This document shows positions 1 through 10,942 of a DNA stretch of 64,000 nt, piece by piece. Under the pieces are notes generated by a model. It saw nothing but the letters and a program-made list of their open reading frames with translations, did not search any database and was not told the origin of the DNA. Position 1 is the stretch's first letter; each line of letters opens with the position of its first letter. Origin of the DNA: Hyphomicrobiales bacterium (GTDB lineage Bacteria > Pseudomonadota > Alphaproteobacteria > Rhizobiales > Methyloligellaceae); assembly GCA_038326945.1 (NCBI GenBank), contig JBBQKN010000012.1, positions 8,111 through 72,110 of the forward strand, given 5' to 3'. The position numbers were made by a program, and so were the translations under genes.

Positions 1-1538
1 GCGAGGAGATAAACGCCGAGCACGTCGGCGACGGAGCGGGTCATCGACAGAATGAAACTGCCGAAGGCTTCCCGGTCGAGCTGCCCCCGCATCTCCGGCA
101 CCAGCCTGAACAGAGAAAGCGTCTCCTCGGCCTCCGGCGTGAGGCCTGCGAGCACGCGACCCGGATCGCGCGGGCGCGCGAGCTCGGCCATGAGCCAGGC
201 CTTCCACCCATCCGAGCTGAGGGCCGGCGGCTCGCCTCCAGCCCTGCCCGCGGTCGCCTGCCAGATCGACTGCAAGGCCTCGGTGGTGCGCGTCGTATTC
301 TCGCGCAGATCGAGCCTGACGGTGGAGAAACGGAAAATCTGCGCGGCGTAGCGGACCGGGCGCACGAGATCGGCGGCGATCGAGGCGAGATTGGCCTCCT
401 CGAGCCCTGCCTCGAGCACGCGAAGATCGACGACCAGCTCATCCGCGTTGGCGTAAACGGGGCGCCCTTCGGCCAGGGTGTTGCCCTCGGTGCGCTCGAT
501 CGTGGCTTCGAGTTTGCGCAGCACGATGGTGAGATATTGGCGATAGGCCTCGCCTGGATTGCGGACGCGGATGGCGTCAGCTTCGCCGCTTGCCTCGAGC
601 TCGCGCAAAAGCTCGGCGCGGAAGCTCTCCGGCACCGGCGCCGCCCGCTCGGTGATCGACAGGGCGCGCGCCAGCCCGGTGACCTTGGCTTTGTAGTGAC
701 GCAGACTCGCAAGCGCGTTCTGTCGCAAGGTCGTCCGCGAAACCTCCGTGGTGACGAAGGGATTGCCGTCGCGGTCGCCGCCGATCCAAGACCCGAACTG
801 GAAGAAGGGGGGAATATCGAAGCGTTGGCCAGGGTACGAGGCCGCGAGCGCCCGCTCGACGCCACCGATCATCTTCGGCGCCATCTCGAACAGGGCTTCG
901 TCGAAAAAGTGGAGCCCCCGCAGCACCTCGTGCTGAACCGAAGGCTTTTCCAGATGCAGCTCGCCCGTCATCCAGATGAGCTCGATCTGATCGCGCAGCT
1001 CATCGAGGATGGCGTCACGCTCGCGCTCGGTCCAGCGCGGAGTCTCGAGCTCGCGCAGCAGGAGATAGATCTTGCGGTATTTCTCCAGCACGGTGACGCG
1101 CTTCGATTCCGTGGGATGCGCGGTGAGCACCGGCCTGATGCGCAAAGTGGCGAGCAGTTTCTGGATCTCGCCGGCGCCGATGCCGTCTCGCGACGCGTCC
1201 GCCAGAACATTGCTGAAAGTGCCGCGCAAGCGCTCGCGCCCCTTCTCCCGCTCCGCCCGCCGGCGCCGCCGCATGGCCGCGTTCTGATCGGCGATTGACA
1301 GCAGTTGGAACCAAATGCCCTGCGCCTGAAGTGCTCGGGCCATGAGCTCGGGCGAAAAATCCGCGATGACGGACCCACCCTTGAGCACGGTCTCGACCTC
1401 TGGCCGATGCCGCCGCGCCACGTCTAGCAGCAGGCGGAACAAGAGATCCGCGACCTCCTTGACCGACGTTCCGGCGATCAGAGGCATTGCGGCGGAGGGG
1501 TCGCCCGCGCTGTCAGACTGCTTGACGTCTTCCTTCAT
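1..1538 (-). CDS. ppc: Phosphoenolpyruvate carboxylase, N-terminal ~510 aa; runs off the left edge, so it is absent from the ORF track
   Basis: Manual translation from the ATG at 1538 gives the in-frame PEPC motifs VLTAHPTE (~1107-1130), FGSWIGGDRDGNP (~760-797) and SFILSMTRSVADVL near the window edge; lies downstream of mtkAB. Confidence 0.95.
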   Translation of the reverse strand, partial: MKEDVKQSDSAGDPSAAMPLIAGTSVKEVADLLFRLLLDVARRHRPEVETVLKGGSVIADFSPELMARALQAQGIWFQLLSIADQNAAMRRRRRAEREKGRERLRGTFSNVLADASRDGIGAGEIQKLLATLRIRPVLTAHPTESKRVTVLEKYRKIYLLLRELETPRWTERERDAILDELRDQIELIWMTGELHLEKPSVQHEVLRGLHFFDEALFEMAPKMIGGVERALAASYPGQRFDIPPFFQFGSWIGGDRDGNPFVTTEVSRTTLRQNALASLRHYKAKVTGLARALSITERAAPVPESFRAELLRELEASGEADAIRVRNPGEAYRQYLTIVLRKLEATIERTEGNTLAEGRPVYANADELVVDLRVLEAGLEEANLASIAADLVRPVRYAAQIFRFSTVRLDLRENTTRTTEALQSIWQATAGRAGGEPPALSSDGWKAWLMAELARPRDPGRVLAGLTPEAEETLSLFRLVPEMRGQLDREAFGSFILSMTRSVADVLGVYLL

Positions 1539-1657
1539 GCAAAATCCCGGGCTCGTCCTATGCTGGCGGCCCGCATCGCCATGAGCAGGCGGGCGGCCCC
1601 GCATGCCGCCGGGCTGCCCGCACCTCTGTCCTCAACTCCGTGCCTTGCGATTCGGGC

Positions 1658-2542
1658 TTACCTTGACAGCACCTGCGCCACGGTTGAGCCGAACTCGCTC
1701 GGATTCGGCGCCACGGTCAGGCCGCAAGACTTCATGATCTCCGCCTTTTCCGCCGCGCTATCGCCCACCGCCGATATGATCGCACCGGCATGGCCCATGC
1801 GCCGACCCTTTGGCGCTGTGAGGCCAGCGACGAACCCGACCACCGGCTTCGACATGTGCTCCTTGATCCATTCCGAGGCTTCGGCCTCCTGCGGACCGCC
1901 GATTTCGCCGATCAGCAGCACGGCCTCGGTCTCGGGATCGTCCTCGAACAATTGCAGATGGTCGAGGAAGGACGAGCCGTTGATCGGATCGCCGCCGATG
2001 CCGACGGATGTCGTGATGCCGATGCCGAGATCCTTCATCTGCGAGGCGGCCTCGTAACCGAGCGTGCCCGAGCGCGAGATGACGCCGACTTTGCCCTGGA
2101 GATAGATGTGTCCCGGCATGATCCCGAGCATGGCCTTGCCGGGGCTGATGATGCCGGCGCAATTGGGCCCCACCATCATCGGGCGCTTGTCCTTGGGATA
2201 GCGGAACAGATAGCGCTTCACCCGCATCATGTCCTGCGCCGGGATGCCGTCGGTGATCGAGCAGATCAGCCTGATGCCCGCGTCGGCGGCTTCCATGATC
2301 GCGTCTGCGCAGAAGGCAGGCGCCACGAAGGTGATGCTGGTCGTGGCTCCCGTCGCCTCCACCGCGTCCTTCACCGTGTTGAACACGGGCAGCCCCTGAT
2401 GCGTGGAGCCGCCCTTGCCCGGGGTCACGCCGCCAACGACGTTGGAGCCGTACTCGACCATTTCCTTGGTATGGAAGGACCCTTTGTCGCCGGTCATGCC
2501 CTGAACGATGATCGGCGTCTTCTCGTCGATTAGGATACTCAT
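1658..2542 (-). CDS. mtkB: Malate thiokinase (malate-CoA ligase) small/alpha subunit, SucD family
   Basis: [35 protein letters not shown] and the phospho-His motif RMGHAGA; serine-cycle context favours MtkB over SucD. Confidence 0.9.
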   Translation of the reverse strand: MSILIDEKTPIIVQGMTGDKGSFHTKEMVEYGSNVVGGVTPGKGGSTHQGLPVFNTVKDAVEATGATTSITFVAPAFCADAIMEAADAGIRLICSITDGIPAQDMMRVKRYLFRYPKDKRPMMVGPNCAGIISPGKAMLGIMPGHIYLQGKVGVISRSGTLGYEAASQMKDLGIGITTSVGIGGDPINGSSFLDHLQLFEDDPETEAVLLIGEIGGPQEAEASEWIKEHMSKPVVGFVAGLTAPKGRRMGHAGAIISAVGDSAAEKAEIMKSCGLTVAPNPSEFGSTVAQVLSR

Positions 2543-2563
2543 TGGTGCTCTCCTGAGGGGCGC

Positions 2564-3754
2564 CTAGGCCGTCGCTCTCGCCGGTTCCTGCATCTGTTTG
2601 TAGGCCGCAACAGCCTTGTCCGCCGCTTCCGCCAAGGTTTCTGCGGTGATCAGCTCAAGCCCGCTCTCGGCCAGGATCTTCCGGCCTTCCTCGACATTGG
2701 TTCCGGCGAGGCGGACCACCAGCGGCACCTTGACGTCCACGGTCTGGCAGGCCTGGACCACGCCCTTCGCCACCCAGTCGCAACGGTTGATGCCGGCGAA
2801 GATGTTGACGAGCACCGCCTGCACCTTCTGGTCCGATAGTACCAACTTGAGCGCCGTGGCGATGCGCTCCGGCGATGCGCCGCCCCCGACATCGAGGAAG
2901 TTCGCCGGGCTGCCGCCGGCATGCTTGATCATGTCCATGGTGGCCATGGCCAGTCCGGCGCCGTTGACGATGCAGCCGATCTCTCCGTCGAGGCCGATAT
3001 AGTTGAGGTTGTGCTCGGCGGCCTGCGCCTCGCGCGGATCCTGCTGCGAGGGATCGTGCATGTCGGCGACCTGATGGCGGCGGAACAGCGCGTTGTCGTC
3101 GAACGACATCTTGGCGTCGAGCGCCAGCACACGATCATCCTTGGTCACCACCAGCGGATTGATCTCGAGCATGATGGCGTCGCGGTCGCGGAAGGCGCGA
3201 TAGGCGTTCATGATCGTGGTCACCGCGCGCTGCACCTGCTTGATGTTGAGGCCAAGCTGGAAGGCGAGCTGGCGCGCCTGGAACGCCTGGAGGCCGACGG
3301 CGGGCTCGACCAGAACCTGGAGGATGGCTTCGGGCTCGGTGCGCGCCACTTCCTCGATCTCCATGCCGCCGCGCTTCGAGGCGATGACGCGAATGCGCTC
3401 GGTCTTACGGTCGAGCACATAGCCGAGATAGAGCTCGCGCTCGAACGGCTCGGCCACCTCGATATAGACCCGCTGCACGGGCTTGCCTTCGGGCCCCGTC
3501 TGGATCGTCACCAGACGCTTGCCGAGCAGATTTGCGGCTGCCTCGCGTACCTCGTGATAGGTCTTGCACAACTTGATGCCGCCCGCCTTGCCACGGGCCC
3601 CGGCATGGATCTGTGCCTTGACCGCCCAGTTCCAGCCGCCGAGCTCGGTGGCGGCATAGACCGCCTGGTCGGGGCTGAAAGCGACGGCGCCCTTCGGCAC
3701 CGGCACGCCGAATTGAGCAAGCAATTCCTTGGCTTGATACTCGTGAACGTCCAC
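2564..3754 (-). CDS. mtkA: Malate thiokinase large/beta subunit, SucC family
   Basis: [37 protein letters not shown] and NFLDVGGG; located between fch and mtkB. Confidence 0.9.
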   Translation of the reverse strand: MDVHEYQAKELLAQFGVPVPKGAVAFSPDQAVYAATELGGWNWAVKAQIHAGARGKAGGIKLCKTYHEVREAAANLLGKRLVTIQTGPEGKPVQRVYIEVAEPFERELYLGYVLDRKTERIRVIASKRGGMEIEEVARTEPEAILQVLVEPAVGLQAFQARQLAFQLGLNIKQVQRAVTTIMNAYRAFRDRDAIMLEINPLVVTKDDRVLALDAKMSFDDNALFRRHQVADMHDPSQQDPREAQAAEHNLNYIGLDGEIGCIVNGAGLAMATMDMIKHAGGSPANFLDVGGGASPERIATALKLVLSDQKVQAVLVNIFAGINRCDWVAKGVVQACQTVDVKVPLVVRLAGTNVEEGRKILAESGLELITAETLAEAADKAVAAYKQMQEPARATA

Positions 3755-3797
3755 CTGTTTCCTCCCTATGTTCTTGGCTCGCGGGGCTGCCGAGCCT

Positions 3798-4424
3798 TTA
3801 GCTCAGCTTGCCCTTGACCAGCTCGTAAGCATCCTCGGTCGTCTTTTCCGCTCCCGCCAGGAGCGTCTCCAATTCCTTCAGCTTAGCGTCCGCGAAGTCC
3901 TTGTCAGTGATCAATTTCACGTTCGTGTAAACATTCAGCGCCGCGCTTCGCAATGCAGCATAGGCGGCGAGCACGCCGACGCCGGCATCGGAGATCACGC
4001 CGAGATTGCCCTTGCCCGACGCGCTCGCGGCAAGGTCGATGACCTCGCGCGCGGCGTGGCAGCAGCGCATTGGCACCTCCGTCGCGAGCTTGAGACCTTC
4101 TTGGATGGCGGCGCCACGGGCGGCCTTTTCGGCGTCGGTCTCCTTCGGCATGCCATAGGCACCCATGACTGCATCGAAGGCCTTGACGTCGTCCTCGATC
4201 ATGCCCGTCAGCCGAACCCGCAAGGCCTCGGACTTTTCGAGCAGTGCCTTCATCTCGTCCTCAACCTCGGCATATTTCTTCTTGCCGATGGTGAGATTGC
4301 ACACCATGGCGACGAGCGCGGCACCCATGGCACCGATAATCGCCGCGGCGCTACCGCCTCCCGGCGTGGCGCTCTGGCCGGCCAGATCGTCGAGGAACGT
4401 CTCGATAGCGCTCTGCTTGATCAT
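3798..4424 (-). CDS. fch: Methenyltetrahydrofolate cyclohydrolase (Fch/FTCD_C family)
   Basis: TPGGGSAAA and SDAGVG..NV motifs; directly downstream of mtdA. Confidence 0.92.
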   Translation of the reverse strand: MIKQSAIETFLDDLAGQSATPGGGSAAAIIGAMGAALVAMVCNLTIGKKKYAEVEDEMKALLEKSEALRVRLTGMIEDDVKAFDAVMGAYGMPKETDAEKAARGAAIQEGLKLATEVPMRCCHAAREVIDLAASASGKGNLGVISDAGVGVLAAYAALRSAALNVYTNVKLITDKDFADAKLKELETLLAGAEKTTEDAYELVKGKLS

Positions 4425-4427
4425 CTC

Positions 4428-5285
4428 TTACGCCATCTCCTTCGCCAAAGCGTAGATCTCTTCCGCATCGAACACCTGTTCGGAGCCCTCGAACAGCTGG
4501 CCGATGCAAGCGCGGTGCAGCTTTAACTTGAGCCCGCCGATGCCGAGCGCGCCGAAGGCGAGCTTGCCCGAATAATCCTTGCCTTTGTCGGTGGCCTCGA
4601 TGCCCTCGATGCCGAGCGGCGGCTGCGCGTTGACGTCGGCCACAATCTCGACGTTCGGATTGTCCTTCCAGGCCGACAGCGGTAGGAGCTGGAGGCCGAT
4701 GGCGCCGGCGGCATAGACGATATTGGCGTCCTTCACCGCCGCGGCACGGGTCGCATCGTCGGCGGCCTCGACCACCTTGACCTTGACCCCGAAGCGCTCC
4801 TCGATGGATTTGGCGGTGTCATCGCCCTTCCGCTTGGTGCGGGAGGTGATGGTGACCTCGGCGCCCTCTTTGCCGAGCAGCGCCGCGGCGCGCATGCCGA
4901 CGGGCCCGGTGCCGGCCAGCACCACCGCCTTCTTGCCCTTGAGCTTCGCCGCTTTGGCGAGCAGCGCCACGCCGGCGGCGGCCGTGGTGTTGGAGCCGTT
5001 CGGATCGAGCATGACCGCGACGCGGAAGGGACCGAAGAATTTCTTCTTCACCGCCTTGAGCAGATCCTCGCCCTTCTTCATGTCGCCGCCGCCGATGAAG
5101 ATCGCGGTCTTCTGTTTGTCCTTGCCACCCCGGGTGAAGATGGCGCCGTCGACCAGGCCCCCGACATTGTCGATCGTCACATTGCCGTAGCCGGTCACGC
5201 GGTCGGCGCCGCCGTCATAGGCGACCACCGTGTCGAACACGCTCGGATGGGGGTCGGTATCGAACAGGAACAGCAGCTTCTTCAT
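4428..5285 (-). CDS. mtdA: NADP-dependent methylene-H4MPT/methylene-H4F dehydrogenase MtdA
   Basis: MKKLLFLFDTDPHPSVFD, DPNGSNTTAAA, GTGPVG, DVNAQPPLGIEG and GALGIGGLKLKLH are characteristic of MtdA. Confidence 0.95.
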   Translation of the reverse strand: MKKLLFLFDTDPHPSVFDTVVAYDGGADRVTGYGNVTIDNVGGLVDGAIFTRGGKDKQKTAIFIGGGDMKKGEDLLKAVKKKFFGPFRVAVMLDPNGSNTTAAAGVALLAKAAKLKGKKAVVLAGTGPVGMRAAALLGKEGAEVTITSRTKRKGDDTAKSIEERFGVKVKVVEAADDATRAAAVKDANIVYAAGAIGLQLLPLSAWKDNPNVEIVADVNAQPPLGIEGIEATDKGKDYSGKLAFGALGIGGLKLKLHRACIGQLFEGSEQVFDAEEIYALAKEMA

Positions 5286-5303
5286 GTGATCTCCCTTTAG
5301 TCC

Positions 5304-6248
5304 TTATTCCTGCACGACGTTGCGCGGGCTGCCGCCCACGAACGCCTCGATATTGTCGATGAGCTGGTCGGCCAGGATTTGCATCGCCTCCTGGCTGGCC
5401 CAGGCGACATGCGGCGTCAAAATAAAGTTCGGCAGCTTGAGCTCGAGGAGGACGTTGCCCTCTTTCGGCGGCTCCTTGGTCAACACGTCGAAGCCCGCGC
5501 CGGCAATGGTGCCGTCCTTGAGAGCCTGCGCCAGCGCCGCCTCGTCGACCAATCCGCCCCGCGCCGTGTTGATGAGGATCGCCGTCGGCTTCATCATCTT
5601 CAGCTCTTTCGCCCCGATCATGTTCTTGGTCTCGGGCGTGAGCGGCACATGCAAGGTGATGACGTCGCTCTCCTTCAGCACCGTCTCCAGATCGACAAGC
5701 CCCGGCTGGGGGAAGACGTCGAAAGGAAGGATGCGCATGCCGAGAGCTTCCGCGCGCTTGGCCACCGACTTGCCGAGCGCGCCATAGCCGATGAGGCCGA
5801 GCGTGGAACCTGCGACATCGCGGATCGGATGGTCGAAGAAGCAGAACTGGTCCACCTTGCCCCACCTGCCCGCCCGCACATCCTCGACATAAGCGAGGAG
5901 ATTGCGGCGGAGCGCGAACATCAGCGCCATGACGTGTTCGGGCACGGTGTTGAAGGCGTAGTTGCGGATATTGACGACGGCGATGCCGTTGGCCTTGCAA
6001 TAGGCCTTATCGACCACGTCCGTGCCGGTCGCCGCCACCGCGATCAGCTTGAGCTTCGGCAGCTGCTTCAGCGTGTCGGCGCGCATCGGCACCTTGTTGA
6101 TGATGGCGATGGACGCATCCTTCAGGCGATCGACGATCTCCTCGGGCGTCCAGGTCGACTCATATTCTTTATAGTTGTGCGGGAAGTTCGGCCGCCGGAC
6201 ATTGGCGCCGACCGATTCCCGATCAAGAAACACTATCTCGTGCTGCAC
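5304..6248 (-). CDS. hprA: Hydroxypyruvate reductase / glycerate dehydrogenase
   Basis: VFLDRES...YESTWTPEEIV..NKVPMRADTLKQLP, GYGALG, INTARG and TPHVAW; GTG start with GGGAG RBS. Confidence 0.95.
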   Translation of the reverse strand: MQHEIVFLDRESVGANVRRPNFPHNYKEYESTWTPEEIVDRLKDASIAIINKVPMRADTLKQLPKLKLIAVAATGTDVVDKAYCKANGIAVVNIRNYAFNTVPEHVMALMFALRRNLLAYVEDVRAGRWGKVDQFCFFDHPIRDVAGSTLGLIGYGALGKSVAKRAEALGMRILPFDVFPQPGLVDLETVLKESDVITLHVPLTPETKNMIGAKELKMMKPTAILINTARGGLVDEAALAQALKDGTIAGAGFDVLTKEPPKEGNVLLELKLPNFILTPHVAWASQEAMQILADQLIDNIEAFVGGSPRNVVQE

Positions 6249-6409
6249 CGCCCACTCCCTGACAAAACGTACCCGCGTTCAGGCTGCCCGAACGCTTAAC
6301 CACCAATCTCCCGCCGGCGAAACCGAAAGGCGGCGGCGGCAATGACCCCGAAGCGTTCGGTGGAACCGGCATCATCCGCCGCTGCTGCCCCGCTTCCGCG
6401 GGGCGAGCC

Positions 6410-7615
6410 CTACTCGGCGGCGATCCGGCTGAGCTGCGCGCCGCCACGAAAATGCGCCTGCGCCGCGGCCACGCCACTTCCGAGCTCGACCTCGATGCCC
6501 GTATCCCGCATGGCCATTTCCGCGCCGGCAATCGCGCCGAGCAGCATCAGCTCGTTCAGATCGCCGAGATGACCGATGCGGAAGAGCTTGCCCGCGACCT
6601 CCGACAGCCCGGCGCCGAGCGCGAGATTATAGCGCCTGTAAGCGACCTCGATGACGTCGGCGGCATTGAATCCAGCCGGAACCATGATGGCGGTCACCGT
6701 GTCGGAATGCCATTTTGGCTCCTTGGCGCAGATTTTAAGGCCCCAGGCCCTGACCGCGGCCCGCGCGCCGTTGGCCAGCCGATGGTGACGCGCGAACACA
6801 GCGTCGAGGCCTTCTTCGTCCAGCACGTCGAGCGACTCGCGCAAGCCGTAAAGCATCGGCAGCACCGGCGTGTAGGGGAAATATCCGGAGGGGTTCGTCC
6901 GCATGTGGTCGGTGAAATCGAAGTAAGCACGTCTCAGATTGCCGCCCTTCATCGCCGCGAGCGCCTTTTTGCTGGCGCAAGCGATGCCGAGGCCGGCCGG
7001 CAGCATGAGGCCCTTCTGCGTGCCGGTGATGGCGACGTCGACGCCCCAATCGTCCATGCGGAAATCGATGCTCGCGATCGAGCTCACCCCGTCGACATAA
7101 AGCAGGGCCGGGTGCTTGGCGGCGTCCATCGCCCGGCGCACCGCGGCAACGTCGCTGGTGACCCCGGTCGCGGTCTCGTTGTGGACCACCATGACGCCCT
7201 TGATGTCGTGGTTCTTGTCGGCGCGGAGGGCTTCCTCGATCCGTTCCGGCGAGACGCCCGTGCCCCACTCCTCCTCCTGCACCACAACCTCCAGGCCGTG
7301 GCGGCGGGCAAGTTCGATCCATAAATGGCTGAACTGGCCGAAGCGCGAGGCGAGCACCTTGTCGCCGGACGCGAGCGTATTGGTCAGAGCCGCTTCCCAG
7401 GCGCCGGTTCCACTGGAGGGAAACATGAAGACCTGCCCCTCCTCGGTCTTGAACACCCTCTTAAGGCGCTCAAACAGCGGCAGGGTCAGCTTGGGGAAGT
7501 CCGGGGACCGATGGTCCTCCATCGAGACGTGCATGGCACGCAAAATGCGCTCCGGAACGTTGGTCGGACCCGGTACAAATAGAAAATTACGTCCGGGCTT
7601 TCTTGCTCCCGACAT
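6410..7615 (-). CDS. sgaA: Serine-glyoxylate aminotransferase
   Basis: GRNFLFVPGPTN, VHNETATG, TGTQKG (PLP Lys) and FRIGHLG; ATG at 7615 follows a GGAGG RBS, so the ORF-track start at 7711 is too long. Confidence 0.95.
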   Translation of the reverse strand: MSGARKPGRNFLFVPGPTNVPERILRAMHVSMEDHRSPDFPKLTLPLFERLKRVFKTEEGQVFMFPSSGTGAWEAALTNTLASGDKVLASRFGQFSHLWIELARRHGLEVVVQEEEWGTGVSPERIEEALRADKNHDIKGVMVVHNETATGVTSDVAAVRRAMDAAKHPALLYVDGVSSIASIDFRMDDWGVDVAITGTQKGLMLPAGLGIACASKKALAAMKGGNLRRAYFDFTDHMRTNPSGYFPYTPVLPMLYGLRESLDVLDEEGLDAVFARHHRLANGARAAVRAWGLKICAKEPKWHSDTVTAIMVPAGFNAADVIEVAYRRYNLALGAGLSEVAGKLFRIGHLGDLNELMLLGAIAGAEMAMRDTGIEVELGSGVAAAQAHFRGGAQLSRIAAE

Positions 7616-7726
7616 GCACGTTTCCTCCAAGAAGGGGTATTCCTTTAAGAGCCACTGCCTAAGGCTTGGGCGGGACACGGTGGTGGTAACGCCCGCGTGA
7701 CCCGCTGGCAACCCCCCCCCAGCGCG

Positions 7727-9463
7727 CTAGAACAGGCCGGCAATACGCCCGTCAGAGGCGAGTTCGATATTGTTGGCGGCGGGGACCCTGGGCAGGCCTG
7801 GCATGGTCATGATGTCGCCGCAGACGACGACGACGAACTCGGCCCCGGCCGAGAGCCTGATCTCCCGGATCGGAATGATGTGGTCGCTGGGAGCGCCCTT
7901 GGCATCCGGATTGGTGGAAAAGCTGTATTGGGTCTTGGCGATGCAGATCGGGAATTTGCCGAAACCCTCCTTCTCCAGCTCGGCGAAGCGGTCGCGCACG
8001 CTCTTATCGGCGCTGATATCGGCGGCGCCGTAGATCTCCTGGGCGATCGTGCGGGTCTTGTCCCAGAGCGACATGTCGTCGGGGTAAAGCGGGTGAAAAT
8101 CGCTGGGCTTGGTCTCGATCGTGCGCACCACCGCATGGGCGAGGTCGGCGGCGCCCTCGCCGCCTTGCGCCCAATGATCGGCCAGCACGCATTCGACGCT
8201 GATTGCGGCGCAGAGACGCTGGAGCAGCGCCACTTCGGCCTCGGTATCGGTCGAAAAGCGATTAAGGGAGACGATCACCGGCAAATCGTAGCGCCTGAGA
8301 TTCTGAACGTGTCGTTCCAGATTGGCGAAGCCCTTCTCCAGCGCCTGTAGATTTTCCTTCTTCAGGTCGTCCTTGGCGACTCCGCCATGCATCTTGAGCG
8401 CGCGGATGGTCGCCACCAGCACGGCGCAATCCGGCTTCAGCCCGGCTTTCCGGCATTTGATGTCAAAGAATTTCTCCGCTCCGAGATCGGCGCCGAAGCC
8501 GGCTTCGGTGTTGGTGTAATCGGCGAGCTTCAGCGCGGCCTTGGTGGCGATCACCGAATTGCAGCCATGCGCGATATTGGCGAATGGGCCGCCATGGACG
8601 AAGGCCGGGTTGTTCTCGAGCGTCTGCACCAGGTTCGGGGCCAGCGCGTCCTTAAGCAGCGCCGCCATGGCGCCGGCGGCGGAAAGATCGCTCGACTTCA
8701 CCGCCTTCTTGTCGCGCGTTTGCCCGATTTGAATATTGCCGAGCCGCCGCTGCAAATCGGCAAGGTCGGTGGCAAGGCAGAAAATAGCCATGACCTCGCT
8801 CGCCACGGTGATGTCGAAGCCCGCCTCGCGCGGGAAGCCGTTGGCCGCTCCGCCGAGAGAGCTGACGATCTGGCGCAGCGCCCGGTCGTTCATGTCGACC
8901 GCGCGGCGCCAGGTGACGCGGCGGGTGTCGATGTCGAGCTTGTTGCCCCAATAGACGTGGTTGTCGATCAGCGCCGCGAGCAAATTGTTGGCGGCGCCAA
9001 TCGCATGGAAATCGCCGGTGAAGTGGAGATTGATGTCCTCCATCGGCACGACCTGCGCGTAGCCGCCGCCGGCCGCCCCACCCTTCATGCCGAAGCAAGG
9101 CCCAAGGCTCGGCTCGCGCACGCAGACGAGCGCCTTCTTGCCGATATGATTGAGCGCGTCGCCAAGACCGACCGTGGTCGTGGTCTTGCCCTCGCCCGCG
9201 GGCGTCGGCGTGATCGCGGTGACCAGGATCAGCTTCCCGTCTGGTCGATTGGCAAGAGACGCGATGTAGTCAAGCGAGATCTTCCCCTTGTAGTGCCCGT
9301 AAGGCAGCACGTATTCGGCGGGAATATCGAGTTTGTCCGCGGCCACCTCGATAATCGGCCGCATCGTAGCCGCTTGCGAGATTTCGATGTCGGATTTCGG
9401 CCTGCGGTGTTGTTCGTCTGGGCGCCGGGTTTTATTGGCGCTCTCACGCGATTCGACTGACAT
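7727..9463 (-). CDS. ftfL: Formate-tetrahydrofolate ligase
   Basis: [51 protein letters not shown] and MTMPGLP; start chosen at the ATG at 9463. Confidence 0.95.
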   Translation of the reverse strand: MSVESRESANKTRRPDEQHRRPKSDIEISQAATMRPIIEVAADKLDIPAEYVLPYGHYKGKISLDYIASLANRPDGKLILVTAITPTPAGEGKTTTTVGLGDALNHIGKKALVCVREPSLGPCFGMKGGAAGGGYAQVVPMEDINLHFTGDFHAIGAANNLLAALIDNHVYWGNKLDIDTRRVTWRRAVDMNDRALRQIVSSLGGAANGFPREAGFDITVASEVMAIFCLATDLADLQRRLGNIQIGQTRDKKAVKSSDLSAAGAMAALLKDALAPNLVQTLENNPAFVHGGPFANIAHGCNSVIATKAALKLADYTNTEAGFGADLGAEKFFDIKCRKAGLKPDCAVLVATIRALKMHGGVAKDDLKKENLQALEKGFANLERHVQNLRRYDLPVIVSLNRFSTDTEAEVALLQRLCAAISVECVLADHWAQGGEGAADLAHAVVRTIETKPSDFHPLYPDDMSLWDKTRTIAQEIYGAADISADKSVRDRFAELEKEGFGKFPICIAKTQYSFSTNPDAKGAPSDHIIPIREIRLSAGAEFVVVVCGDIMTMPGLPRVPAANNIELASDGRIAGLF

Positions 9464-9580
9464 TGAGGACTGCCCCTGGGAACTGACGTGCGGCAATTGC
9501 CACTGGAATAGGCAGGGTAATTCATTCACTTGCCATCTTGCAATCGTCTGTGCAGTTTCAGCGGCCGGAGGGAGACCCAA

Positions 9581-10843
9581 ATGACGCCAGTCGACCTGTT
9601 GAAGTCCATGTTTCAGGCGGCGGTTGACGCCGCTCAGCCCGCGCTCTGCCTGCCGCCGCATTTGCCTGCACCGCCCAAGGGCCGCACCATCGTAATTGGC
9701 GCGGGCAAAGCCAGCGGGGCCATGGCCAAGGCGGTCGAGGACAATTGGAAGGGGCCGCTCGAAGGCCTGGTGGTGACCCGCTACGGCCACCGCCTGCCGA
9801 CAACGCGGATCGAGGTGATCGAGGCCGCCCACCCGGTGCCTGACGCGGCTGGCCGCGAGGCGGCGGCGCGCATCCTCCAGCTCGTGCAGGGACTCTCATC
9901 CGACGATCTCGTGCTTTGCCTCATCTCCGGCGGCGGCTCGGCCCTGCTCGCTCTGCCGGCTGAAGGCGTGAGCCTCGAGGACAAGCAGGCGGTGAACAAG
10001 GCGCTGCTCAAATCGGGTGCCACCATCGGCGAGATGAACGCGGTGCGGAAGCATCTCTCGGCGATCAAGGGCGGACGCCTCGCGCTCGCGGCATCGCCAG
10101 CGAAAGTCGTAAGCCTGATGATCTCCGACGTGCCCGGAGACGACCCATCGGTGATCGCCTCAGGGCCGACGGTTCACGACTCCACGACATTCGCCGACGC
10201 GCTCGCCATTCTCGACAAATACGGCATCGTGCCGCCACCCTCGATCATTGCTCGCCTCAACAGCGGCGCCGAGGAAACGCCGAAGCCCGGCGACCCGCGT
10301 CTGGCACGCGTCGAGAACATCATGATCGCGACGCCGCAAGCCTCGCTCGAGGCCGCCGCTGCCGTTGCCCGCACTCACGGCGTGACCCCGGTCATTCTCG
10401 GCAACGCGCTCGAGGGCGAGTCGCGCGACGTGGGGCTCGTCCACGCCGGCATCGCGCGCCAATGCGCCGAGTTCTCGCAACCGGCCGCGGCGCCTTGCGT
10501 GCTGTTGTCCGGCGGGGAGACCACGATCACGCTCAAGGGCAAAGGCAAAGGCGGCCGCAACACCGAATTCCTGCTAGCGCTTGCCATCGCGCTCGAGGGC
10601 AAGCCCGGCATTTACGGCGTCGCCGCCGACACCGACGGCATCGACGGCTCCGAGGACAATGCCGGCGCCATCATGACCCCCGACACGCTCGCTCGCGCCG
10701 CCGCCGCCGGTCTCGACGCCAAGGCCATGCTCGCCGACAACGATCCTTGGACCTTCTTCAAGGGCATCGGCGATCTCTTGATGACCGGCCCGACGCTCAC
10801 CAACGTCAACGACTTCCGCGCCGTGCTGATCGAGAAGGACTGA
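9581..10843 (+). CDS. gck: Glycerate 2-kinase, MOFRL/TtuD family
   Basis: [40 protein letters not shown] and [10 protein letters not shown]; GGAG RBS before ATG 9581. Confidence 0.92.
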   Translation: MTPVDLLKSMFQAAVDAAQPALCLPPHLPAPPKGRTIVIGAGKASGAMAKAVEDNWKGPLEGLVVTRYGHRLPTTRIEVIEAAHPVPDAAGREAAARILQLVQGLSSDDLVLCLISGGGSALLALPAEGVSLEDKQAVNKALLKSGATIGEMNAVRKHLSAIKGGRLALAASPAKVVSLMISDVPGDDPSVIASGPTVHDSTTFADALAILDKYGIVPPPSIIARLNSGAEETPKPGDPRLARVENIMIATPQASLEAAAAVARTHGVTPVILGNALEGESRDVGLVHAGIARQCAEFSQPAAAPCVLLSGGETTITLKGKGKGGRNTEFLLALAIALEGKPGIYGVAADTDGIDGSEDNAGAIMTPDTLARAAAAGLDAKAMLADNDPWTFFKGIGDLLMTGPTLTNVNDFRAVLIEKD

Positions 10844-10851
10844 GCGCGCAT

Positions 10852-10883
10852 AAAGAAACCCGCCGCGAGGCAATCGCGGCGGG
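10852..10883 (-). terminator. Rho-independent terminator of the fasciclin gene
   Basis: Minus strand reads CCCGCCGCGA-TTGCC-TCGCGGCGGG-TTTCTTT, ~60 bp after the fasciclin stop. Confidence 0.75.
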
Positions 10884-10942
10884 CTCAGGCCGATGGCTTC
10901 CAGGCGGGGGGAAACCCGCGAAGCGGGGAAGCCGCGAAGCGA

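Noticed and set aside
1658-3754. Annotation as TCA-cycle succinyl-CoA synthetase sucCD
   Set aside because: The position between fch and ppc and MtkB-like N-terminal residues favour malate thiokinase
6311-6340. c-di-GMP-I or glycine riboswitch (GGCGAAACCGAAAGG)
   Set aside because: The motif lies antisense to the operon, and the downstream conserved elements of both families are missing
9464-9580. ZTP or THF riboswitch upstream of ftfL
   Set aside because: No recognisable conserved aptamer sequence; the region is short and shared with the divergent gck gene
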